The notes below the pieces were generated by a model. The model did not search any database, was not told where the DNA came from, and worked only from the letters and a program-made list of their open reading frames with translations. A DNA stretch of 64,000 nt from Deltaproteobacteria bacterium (GTDB taxonomy: Bacteria > Myxococcota_A > Polyangia > Fen-1088): the NCBI GenBank assembly GCA_033763315.1, contig JANRKS010000029.1, forward strand, positions 1 to 64,000, written 5' to 3'. The translations under genes were made by a program, and so were the position numbers. This document shows positions 9,837 through 18,101 of the stretch, piece after piece; position 1 is the first letter of the stretch; the number at the start of each line of letters is the position of its first letter.

Positions 9837-10202
9837 TTACAACTCAAGAACGGCTTTGGGGTCTAACTGGGTGAGCATATGCGCATCGCCCGTTGCAAGC
9901 TTCCACCGCCGAAGAGCAGCATGGGCGGTTATCAACCGATCGAAGGGATCGCGCGTCCATGCCACGTTTTGAGCCTGCGCAAAAAGCTCAACGGATGACG
10001 GGTCGTCGACGGCCAGGCGTGGATGGTTCTGAATGTCCAGAGTCCCTCGGCTAAACCGGATGCGACCGAGTTCGTTCAAGAACGTCAACTCCAGAAGAGA
10101 GACCGGAGAAACATAGAAACGCTTCTCATTCTTTGGCAGTTTGCTCGCACGCTTGTGTCCCGCAAGCAACCAAATGAGTGCGTTTGTGTCCAAAAGAATC
10201 AA
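9837..10202 (-). CDS. vapC: PIN-domain VapC toxin
   Basis: ILLDTNALIW, SPVSLLEL, RDPFDRLITAHA, LATGD; TTGA overlap with the upstream antitoxin stop. Confidence 0.88.
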   Translation of the reverse strand: MILLDTNALIWLLAGHKRASKLPKNEKRFYVSPVSLLELTFLNELGRIRFSRGTLDIQNHPRLAVDDPSSVELFAQAQNVAWTRDPFDRLITAHAALRRWKLATGDAHMLTQLDPKAVLEL

Positions 10203-10465
10203 CGTTTTGTGCGTCGTTTGGAGGGGCTCGGCAGCTTCTTGCCCAAGTTGCCGCGGCTATCCCAGGTCCATTGACCACTTTCGACGTCCGCATCAAGGAT
10301 TTCGATTTCTGTTGGGGCGGGTCGGGGTGGCAATCGTTCGCTCTTATCGATCGTTAATCGAAACAGGACGCCCCGACGTTCTATGAGAACACCTTCGCCT
10401 TGTTCGGCCTTATCGAGCACGGATGAAATGCGCTTGCGCGCGTCAGCCACACTGTACCGGTTCAT
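10199..10465 (-). CDS. Phd/YefM-family antitoxin
   Basis: MNRYSVADARKRISSVLDKAEQGEGVLIERRG matches the Phd/YefM N-terminal pattern; directly upstream of and overlapping vapC. Confidence 0.8.
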   Translation of the reverse strand: MNRYSVADARKRISSVLDKAEQGEGVLIERRGVLFRLTIDKSERLPPRPAPTEIEILDADVESGQWTWDSRGNLGKKLPSPSKRRTKR

Positions 10466-10480
10466 TTGTACAGTGTACAT
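10466..10480 (-). promoter_or_regulatory. Tandem TGTACA palindromes (probable TA operator) overlapping a TACACT -10 element
   Basis: TGTACA at 10467-10472 and 10474-10479; minus strand reads TACACT-6nt-ATG(10465). Confidence 0.6.
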
Positions 10481-10509
10481 CGGTAGGTGACCCCCGGCAA
10501 ACGTTTGCT

Positions 10510-12084
10510 CTAGGGTGTGGCTGCGTGCGCGGGGAAGGGGCCGAAGGCGCGGTCGATGCGCTTTAAGAAACTGTAGTGCGGCGGATCCGATAAACCGGGA
10601 ACCGTGGCGGTCACCCATTCATAGCCCTGGCTGCGCCAATAATCCGCGTTGTCGTTGGCTTTGGCGTGCAGGTGATAAATGTGTGTGATGAGCGTCGGCT
10701 TGCGCGACAGCATGTACGCATCAGAGCCCCATTTCTGATGCCCTGGACGCTGTGACACAGTCATCGCTGGATCGTGAGCGATGCGTTCATCCACCAAGCC
10801 AAACACGTCGTAGGCGGGAATGCCCGCATAGTAGGGAATGACGCCCGCGCCGCCCACGGTCATCAAATCATCGGGCCGAGCGAACTGCGCAAACCAACGA
10901 CCGATGGGTATGCGCTCGTCAGCGTATTGCTTCAAATAGCCAGGCGTATCGATGCCGCGGTCGGCGCCGATCAGGGTCATGCCATGGTACGAAACCTTCG
11001 CCTGTCCCACGGCGTACGCCAGGACGAGTGTGGCGGCCGCTGTGATCAGAAGCGCGCGTGGCACGAGGCCTTGCAATCGTTGGCCGATCGTTCGCAGCGA
11101 CTCTTGGAGCATCAGCGCGCCAATCGGCATCACCGGCAACACGAAACGATAAAGCCCCATGAAATCGCCGCCCACCTTCGCGGTGTAGGCCGCAAACACA
11201 GTCAACACCAACGTGCCGAAGCAAAACAGGCGAAACCGGGCAACCTCGCGCGCGGGTGCAAACCCAGCCAAACCAAGCGGCACCAACAAATACAGCACGT
11301 GATCTTCGGCGAAGCGCCGCAGATAGTACAGCCCCCACGGCAAGGCGCCCGCGCCGCCCGAAGCCTTAACGTAAAACGTGTTGGGAAACGGCCAGCCGAA
11401 GTACCACCAGCGCCAGGCAAAATAAGGCGCAAACACAGCCACGAACGTGGCCACCCACAGCACCTCGTTGCGGGTGGGCCGCCAACGCTTGTGCAGCAGC
11501 ATGCTCGCCACGCGGTAAAGCCCTGCCAGGCCAAACAGCAGCAACCCTTCGGGGCGTGTCATGCCTGCGAGGGCAAACCATAAGGCGCTGTTGGTGCCAC
11601 GCCCAGTGGCCAGCTCGGCAAACAATGCGTTGCACGCCAGCAGAAATAAGAACGTGAACAACTGCGTTTCGAGGCCACCTGTGCACCAACATGCGTAGGC
11701 GCCGCTGACCGCCAGGCCCAACGTTGCGATCAGGTGTAGGGCGCTCGGCTTGCCGTCGTTCATACGTAAGCTGATGCGGTTGACCACAAACAATCCCGCC
11801 ACGCCCAAAGCGATTCCCAGGACCCGTGAGGCATGTTCAGGCGGAGCGCCCAGTTTCATGCCCAGCGCCAGCACCACCGTCCATAAGAAGTTCGTAAAGC
11901 CTTCCACGCGTTCGCCCAGGTTGAACACCAGTTGCCCGTGCTCAGCGAGGTTCTTCGCGTAGCGGAACGAGATGTAAGCGTCGTCGTTCACGAAGTTGAA
12001 GTAGAGCGCGTGCGGCACCAAAACGGCGGTGGCCACCAAGGCCGGCCAGAAGCGGCGGGTGAAGTTGTAAAGGGGGTTCGGCAA
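10510..12084 (-). CDS. Polytopic GT-C-fold membrane glycosyltransferase-like protein
   Basis: NDDAYISFRYAKNL...GERVEGFTNFLW, GLETQLF, TRPEG, PNTFYVK, GGDFM..YRF; about 11 TM segments. Confidence 0.75.
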   Translation of the reverse strand: MPNPLYNFTRRFWPALVATAVLVPHALYFNFVNDDAYISFRYAKNLAEHGQLVFNLGERVEGFTNFLWTVVLALGMKLGAPPEHASRVLGIALGVAGLFVVNRISLRMNDGKPSALHLIATLGLAVSGAYACWCTGGLETQLFTFLFLLACNALFAELATGRGTNSALWFALAGMTRPEGLLLFGLAGLYRVASMLLHKRWRPTRNEVLWVATFVAVFAPYFAWRWWYFGWPFPNTFYVKASGGAGALPWGLYYLRRFAEDHVLYLLVPLGLAGFAPAREVARFRLFCFGTLVLTVFAAYTAKVGGDFMGLYRFVLPVMPIGALMLQESLRTIGQRLQGLVPRALLITAAATLVLAYAVGQAKVSYHGMTLIGADRGIDTPGYLKQYADERIPIGRWFAQFARPDDLMTVGGAGVIPYYAGIPAYDVFGLVDERIAHDPAMTVSQRPGHQKWGSDAYMLSRKPTLITHIYHLHAKANDNADYWRSQGYEWVTATVPGLSDPPHYSFLKRIDRAFGPFPAHAATP

Positions 12085-12187
12085 GGGCGGGCGGCAGGGT
12101 ATCGCACCTGCCGGGGTTTCGGCAGGGGGGGCCTTGCATCGTAGCAGTTGCGCTCAGGTGTGGACCTGGGCTAAGCCGTTGCTACCC

Positions 12188-15100
12188 ATGACGCGCAATT
12201 TGAAACAGATGTTTACCCTCGTGGCGATGCTTTATCTGGCGGCGGCCGGGCCCAGGGTGGCTGGCGCGGCCGAAGCCCCCGCCAAACCGGCCCCCAAGGT
12301 GCCCTTGCGTTTGCACCCCGACAACCCCCGAATCTTCGAGTTTCGCGGCAAACCCACCGTATTGGTGACATCGGGGGAGCACTATGGCGCCGTCATAAAC
12401 CTGGACTTCGATTATCTGCCTTACCTCGACGAGTTGGCGTCGAAAGGCCTCAATTACACGCGGATTTTTACCGGCTCCTATGTGGAGATGCCGGGCGCGT
12501 TCGGGATCGAGAAGAACACCTTGGCTCCGGCGCCGGGCCGGCTTTTGGCGCCGTGGGCCCGCAGCGGCACCGCGGGCTACATCAACGGTGGCAACAAGTT
12601 CGATCTCAAGCGGTGGGATCTGGCGTACTTTGATCGCCTCAAACACTTCGTCAACGAAGCCGGCCGGCGTGGGATCGTGGTTGAGCTCACACTGTTCTCT
12701 TCGCTTTATGAAAAGCGGGGCTGGGAAGCGAGCCCCTTGCACACACAAAACAACATCAACGATGTGGGCGTTGTGGACCGCAAAAAGGTGCACACCTTGG
12801 ACAACGGCAAGTTGCAAGGTTTTCAAGAAGCGATGGTTCGCCAAGTGGTGCGCACGCTGGCTGACGCCGACAACGTGATTTACGAGATTCAGAATGAACC
12901 GTGGGCCGATCTGGCCGCCGACGTGGGTCTCGTGAGTCCCGCCAATGCCGCTTCACTGGCGTGGCAAGAGAAGATAGCGAAGGTGATCATTCAAGAAGGC
13001 AAGCGCGGCGTGAACGTGCCTGTGATTGCGCAGAACATCGCCAACCGCAGCGTGAAGATCGCCGAGCCCAACCCGGACGTATCCATTTTCAATTTCCACT
13101 ATTGCCGGCCGCCGGAAGCGATCGCGATGAACGCGCAAGTGACGCGCGCGTTTGGTTTTGATGAAACAGGTTTCGACGGCGGCGACGATGAGACCTACCG
13201 CAAACAAGCCTGGGCCTTCTTGTTGGCGGGCGGGGGTTTATTCAACAGCCTCGATTATTCCTTCACCACCGCGCGTGAAAATGGCACCGACACGCAAAAG
13301 GCTCCCGGCGGTGGCAGTGTGGCCTTGCGGACGCAATTGGGTGCGCTGTCGCGTTTTTTGCACAGCTTTGGCAATGATTTGGTGGCGATGCGGCCCGATG
13401 GCCACTTCATTGCCGGCGGCGCCGCTCATACGACGCACGCGCTATCCGCGCCCGGGCGCGCCTACGCGGTCTACGTGGCGAAAGCGCCGGCAGATGCGCC
13501 CGCTCCTGTGAAGCTGCTGCTCGATCTGCCATTTGGCGCTTACAACCTGCAGTGGTTTGATCCAAGCACGGGACAAAGCTTGGCCTCGTCACGTTTGGTG
13601 CATGCCAGTGGCGTGGCCGCGGTGGTGGGGCCGGTGCTGCAAAACGATCTGGCGTTGCGGGTGGTGCGCAGCACCCAAGGGCCAAGCGTGGAAGAGTTGC
13701 CCAAGGGAACCGCGGCCGTGGCCACTTCACCTAGTGGAACAACGCGCATCGTGGCCGTGCTGGCGGATCTGGGCGGCGAGCCCGGATACGAACCGGGGGC
13801 GAGGCTTTACTACCGCGTGGAACACGGCAACAAGCAGGCCCGCAGCGTCGTGCTTCCGTGGTCGCCGCTGGGCGTTCACCGCGGCGATCAAAATTTCACC
13901 GAAGGGTTGCGATGGTTGTCTGTTAGTTCCAAGCCGGTGCGTGATCGCTACAAGATGCTGACCGGCAAACAGCTTGAGCAGGACGCCGCCGCTCAAGAGA
14001 CAACGGTTACGTTGCAAGGCCCTGGCGGTGGATCGTTGGCGTTGGATCTGCGTGCCTACGACGATGGCGTGGCTTTTCGCTACCGGTTCACGGACAAAAC
14101 GCCGGGTTGGTTTGACGTTCTGGGCGAAGAAACAGGCTTTCGCGTGCCTGTGTCGGCCACGGGCTACTTGATGGCGCACGACACAGCGAATCTGTGGCGC
14201 CCCGCTTACGAAAATGAATGGAACGCCGACATTCCTGCAGGCTCGGCCGCGCCCACTTCTGCCGGCTGGAGCTTTCCCGCTTTGTTTCACACGAACAAGC
14301 ACTGGGTGTTGTTGACGGAGGCAGGTTTGGATCGCGGGTTTGCAGGCTCGCGTTTGGCCAAGGACGCGCCCGGTGGCCTTTACAAAGTGCGCTTGCCCGA
14401 TCCTGAAGAAGGCGAAGGGTTGGGTGCCACGGCGCCGCGCTGGACTTTGCCGTGGTCTTTGCCTTGGCGTGTGATTGTGGTGGGTGAAGGTTTGCCCACG
14501 ATCGTTGAGTCATCGCTGGTTCATCACTTGGCGGCGCCTTCAAAAGCCAAGGACACCGCGTGGATCAAGCCAGGCCGTTCGGCGTGGTCGTGGTGGGCGG
14601 AAAGCGATAGCCCGCGCGATTACAACGCGATGTTGCCGTTCATCGACATGGCTCAACAGATGGGGTGGGAATACTTCTTGGTGGATGCCAACTGGAATAC
14701 CATGAAGAACGGTGATTGGAAGCAGCTCGCCACCTACGCCAAATCCAAAAACGTGCGCCTTTTGCTTTGGTACAACTCAGGCGGCCCGAACAACCAGGTG
14801 ACGGAGCAACCGCGCGATCGCATGTATGAGCGCGAAAAGCGCCGCGCTGAAATGAAGGCGATCTCCGAAGCAGGCGTCGCAGGCTTGAAGGTGGATTTTT
14901 TCCAGAACGACAAGCAAGTGACGATCACTCAATACCAAGATCTGCTTGAAGATGCGGCCGACTTCAAATTGCTGGTGAACTTCCACGGGTGCACTTTGCC
15001 GCGCGGCTGGTCCCGCACTTATCCCAACCTGATGAGCCACGAGGCCATTCGCGGCGCTGAACAATATAAGTTCAGCCAAACCTTTCCTGGGGCCGCCGCG

Positions 15101-15613
15101 CGCCACAACAGCATCTTGCCGTTTACGCGAAATGTGGTGGGACCGATGGATTACACGCCGGTCACGTTCTCTGATTCACAAAAGCCACACCTGACGACGA
15201 ACGGCCACGAATTGGCGTTGTCTGTGGTGTTCGAATCAGGTCTTTTGCATTTGGCCGATTCGTACAAGGCTTACTTGGGCTTGCCTGAGGCACCGAAAGC
15301 TTTCCTCAAAGCGGTTCCCGTCACGTGGGATGAAACGCGGTTGGTGGGTGGCTTTCCCGGCAAAGAAGCCGTGATCGCACGGCGCAAGGGGAAGGCCTGG
15401 TACGTGGGTGGCATCAACGGCCGCGACGAAGCCGCCACGGCGCAGGTGGCGCTGGGCTTTCTCAAGGGCAAAGCCAACGTCACGATCATCGCCGATGGAG
15501 ATACGGATCGCACGTTCGCCTCGCGCACCGAAACACACGTGCCCGCAGACACAGTGGCGGTGCCGATGCGCGCACGCGGCGGCTTTGTGATGCGCATCGA
15601 CCCGCTGAAGTGA
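12188..15613 (+). CDS. Secreted fusion of an N-terminal clan-A-like (GH5/DUF4038-like) barrel plus beta module and a C-terminal GH97 glycosidase
   Basis: N-part: YEIQNEP, NFHY, FDETG. C-part GH97: LRAYDDGVAFRY, WIKPGRSAWSWW, KVDFF, NFHG, EAIRGAE, PFTRNVVGPMDYTP, VPVTWDET. Confidence 0.85.
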   Translation: MTRNLKQMFTLVAMLYLAAAGPRVAGAAEAPAKPAPKVPLRLHPDNPRIFEFRGKPTVLVTSGEHYGAVINLDFDYLPYLDELASKGLNYTRIFTGSYVEMPGAFGIEKNTLAPAPGRLLAPWARSGTAGYINGGNKFDLKRWDLAYFDRLKHFVNEAGRRGIVVELTLFSSLYEKRGWEASPLHTQNNINDVGVVDRKKVHTLDNGKLQGFQEAMVRQVVRTLADADNVIYEIQNEPWADLAADVGLVSPANAASLAWQEKIAKVIIQEGKRGVNVPVIAQNIANRSVKIAEPNPDVSIFNFHYCRPPEAIAMNAQVTRAFGFDETGFDGGDDETYRKQAWAFLLAGGGLFNSLDYSFTTARENGTDTQKAPGGGSVALRTQLGALSRFLHSFGNDLVAMRPDGHFIAGGAAHTTHALSAPGRAYAVYVAKAPADAPAPVKLLLDLPFGAYNLQWFDPSTGQSLASSRLVHASGVAAVVGPVLQNDLALRVVRSTQGPSVEELPKGTAAVATSPSGTTRIVAVLADLGGEPGYEPGARLYYRVEHGNKQARSVVLPWSPLGVHRGDQNFTEGLRWLSVSSKPVRDRYKMLTGKQLEQDAAAQETTVTLQGPGGGSLALDLRAYDDGVAFRYRFTDKTPGWFDVLGEETGFRVPVSATGYLMAHDTANLWRPAYENEWNADIPAGSAAPTSAGWSFPALFHTNKHWVLLTEAGLDRGFAGSRLAKDAPGGLYKVRLPDPEEGEGLGATAPRWTLPWSLPWRVIVVGEGLPTIVESSLVHHLAAPSKAKDTAWIKPGRSAWSWWAESDSPRDYNAMLPFIDMAQQMGWEYFLVDANWNTMKNGDWKQLATYAKSKNVRLLLWYNSGGPNNQVTEQPRDRMYEREKRRAEMKAISEAGVAGLKVDFFQNDKQVTITQYQDLLEDAADFKLLVNFHGCTLPRGWSRTYPNLMSHEAIRGAEQYKFSQTFPGAAARHNSILPFTRNVVGPMDYTPVTFSDSQKPHLTTNGHELALSVVFESGLLHLADSYKAYLGLPEAPKAFLKAVPVTWDETRLVGGFPGKEAVIARRKGKAWYVGGINGRDEAATAQVALGFLKGKANVTIIADGDTDRTFASRTETHVPADTVAVPMRARGGFVMRIDPLK

Positions 15614-15617
15614 CGCC

Positions 15618-17147
15618 TCAATCTCCGCAGCAACAGCGCACCCACGTCAACGGTGCGCTGGCGTTGCAGGCTGCATCGCCAAAACCGCCGCCGCAAGCTT
15701 CATCCAAAGTGGCCGCGATGTCGCTGCTGCCGCAACGGCTTTGCGACGAGAAGAAAAACGCGCCACCCAACGTACCGGCCAGGCGGCACGTGTGGGCCCC
15801 GCATCGCAATTGCTCCGTTTGGCAGATTCCATCGCAGGTCATGCTGGCCGATCTGATGGGCGTACACGCGGACAGCTGCCCGTCGACTTCAATCGAGGGT
15901 GAGGGCGGAGCAGCGGGTGGGGCGGGTCCATCCTTTATGCCTTGCGGGCTGATCGTTCCACCGAAAAGGGTGGTGGCCACCGCCGGCAGCACGGCTTTGA
16001 GCGTGGGAGATTGACGTAGCGCCATGGCCACGGCTTCTGCACGCGAACAAGTGGAATCAGCCTCGGGAAGTTGTGCTCTTCCTGCGGCCACGCTCGCAAG
16101 CGCTTCGGCCAAACAGTTTTGCCAAGCGCCGTTGCCTTCCAAGGTTTTGCCGAGCGTCGCCAAGCCATCGAGCTCAACAGGCGATCCCTCAATGAGATCC
16201 ACAGTGGCGCGCGTGTTGAGTGCCGCACCGTCGCTGTCCCGCGTGCGTGCGACGCCGCGCTCATCGAAAGCGTGTAACAAAAATCCGGCCTCCAAAAGCC
16301 TATGGCAAGCCGCGCATTGTGGCTCAACAATCTGGTTGGCCAACGTTTGACGGGCGACGAGCTTCGTGGGTTTGATGTCGTGCACGGGTAGGCCTGAAGG
16401 CGGCGGGGGCGCGCCTCCGCAACCCAGCGCCGCCTTGAGCAGGAAATCGCCCCGCAACGAAACGGCGGGTTGGCTGCCAAGCACGGACACGTGACCAAAC
16501 ACGCCCGGGCGGCTCGGCGGCAAACTTGTTTCAGCGAAGCCATCGTTTGAGGGCGGCATCACGTTGTAAAGCGCAGCCAGGTTAGGCGTGATGAACGTCT
16601 TGGTGCCATTGACCAACGAAGCCAGCGTGGTGCTGCCTTCGACGAACACAGATCGGCCTTGGCGAAACGTCTGTTCACGCGCGTCCTGCCACAAAGCCGC
16701 TGAGAATCGATCGGGAAATGGCGTGGCGGCGGGCAACTGCAGCCACTTGGCCATCCACTCATCCGAAAGCGCCCGCGCCGCTGCGTTTGCAAGCAAAGCC
16801 GCGATGACAGTGCTGCGATCGGCCAAGCGGTTCGTCCGTAGGCCTTTGTCGAAAAATTCGCGCGCGCGCTTGGGATCGCCTTGGCCCGTCACCAGTCGCA
16901 CCAGTGCCTCCATGGCGTCGCTATCCGTCACCTTCGGCTGGCCAAACGTACACACGTTTTGCACAGGCACATTGGCTGTTTGGTCCGTTGGCAGCAGCAA
17001 GGAGGAACCGCCGCGGTTGCCTGAGCCGTCGTCGAAAGCGGCAGGGCAGGTCAGCGGGGTGGCAAAGGTTTGGGGGCTCACCAAAGCGTCACGGCCACAA
17101 GACGGCAACACCACCATGAGCGCAAATACCAAGAACGACGGCTTCAT
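15618..17147 (-). CDS. DUF1592/DUF1588/DUF1585-type lipoprotein with one CxxCH and a Cys-rich C-terminal domain
   Basis: LPSC lipobox; TFITPNLAALY, RPGVFGH..VL, RG.F......C...PPPP, CAACH....GF..HAFD..G; Cys-rich tail ending CCCGD; AGGAG RBS. Confidence 0.7.
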   Translation of the reverse strand: MKPSFLVFALMVVLPSCGRDALVSPQTFATPLTCPAAFDDGSGNRGGSSLLLPTDQTANVPVQNVCTFGQPKVTDSDAMEALVRLVTGQGDPKRAREFFDKGLRTNRLADRSTVIAALLANAAARALSDEWMAKWLQLPAATPFPDRFSAALWQDAREQTFRQGRSVFVEGSTTLASLVNGTKTFITPNLAALYNVMPPSNDGFAETSLPPSRPGVFGHVSVLGSQPAVSLRGDFLLKAALGCGGAPPPPSGLPVHDIKPTKLVARQTLANQIVEPQCAACHRLLEAGFLLHAFDERGVARTRDSDGAALNTRATVDLIEGSPVELDGLATLGKTLEGNGAWQNCLAEALASVAAGRAQLPEADSTCSRAEAVAMALRQSPTLKAVLPAVATTLFGGTISPQGIKDGPAPPAAPPSPSIEVDGQLSACTPIRSASMTCDGICQTEQLRCGAHTCRLAGTLGGAFFFSSQSRCGSSDIAATLDEACGGGFGDAACNASAPLTWVRCCCGD

Positions 17148-17240
17148 CTCACGAGCTCCTTTGACCGGCGGCGCGCGGTCATTGCAGCATCGTAACATGG
17201 GCCAAGGCTTGCCAGTTCAATTGTCGCGGGGCGGCCCGGA

Positions 17241-18065
17241 TCACCTCAACGCAACACGCGGACTCTCATCCACTTCGATGCGCACGTTCCCCAAAGTGCT
17301 ATTTGCCTCAAGCGCCAACGGCGTGCGCGCGCGATCGTTCGCCAGCCACACCGTGAGCTGCTGACGGTGCCGCGTCTTCGAGGGCGCAAGGTGCCAGTCA
17401 AGTGGCTCTGCAGCCAACTGATACCGCAGCGCTGCGTGAGGTTGTTGTGCCACCTGAACCGTGTCTGCGGTGCCTGGCTTCACGGTCACTTTCCACAACG
17501 CCCGCCCGTCCATCACCATCACCGCTTCGGGGGCAGTGGGTGGTCGCGTGCGGAGACGCAACAAGAAGCCCAGCAGATCTGTGGTGGGCGCACGCGAATG
17601 CAGCGTTGACCAATCTTCTGGCTTTTGGCTGTGTACGCGGTGGCTTGCAATTTCCCCCGGCGTGCGCTGCTGGCACTCGTCAAGAATGAGAGCGCTGCCG
17701 GTGTTGCGGTTGACAGACCAGGTCGTCGACACGCCACGGCCCACGTCAAAGCGGGATCGGAAGGTGGAACTTTCACCGATGCCAAACAAGGACGCGAACC
17801 CGTGCCCTTGCCCCTCCCAGGTTGTTGGCTGCCCCACCGGCCCATGCGGCGTTAGTTGCAGCACCACTTCGCCGAGTTCTCCCACAACGCCGTGGGTGAT
17901 CACGTAACGTGCGGATTCCGCGGCCACGGGTCCCAGTAAAGGTGTGGAGGGCAGGGCGCCCGGGGCGCCCGTGGCCGCTTGTGGCGCTGGTGTGTGGGCG
18001 GTGGCGCATCCTGCGACCAACGCAAGCGAGACGGCGAGGGCTGTTGTCACCCCGAGTTGACCCAT
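17241..18065 (-). CDS. DUF3108-like lipoprotein
   Basis: VAGC lipobox; beta-rich; TTDLLGFLLRLR and VWLANDRARTPL patterns. Confidence 0.6.
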   Translation of the reverse strand: MGQLGVTTALAVSLALVAGCATAHTPAPQAATGAPGALPSTPLLGPVAAESARYVITHGVVGELGEVVLQLTPHGPVGQPTTWEGQGHGFASLFGIGESSTFRSRFDVGRGVSTTWSVNRNTGSALILDECQQRTPGEIASHRVHSQKPEDWSTLHSRAPTTDLLGFLLRLRTRPPTAPEAVMVMDGRALWKVTVKPGTADTVQVAQQPHAALRYQLAAEPLDWHLAPSKTRHRQQLTVWLANDRARTPLALEANSTLGNVRIEVDESPRVALR

Positions 18066-18101
18066 AACTATAGGACGAACGCGGGGTGTAAAGGATTCAC
18101 G

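Noticed and set aside
9837-10465. TA pair as a marker of a mobile element or defence island
   Set aside because: No integrase, transposase, att or terminal repeats, or other defence genes are nearby.
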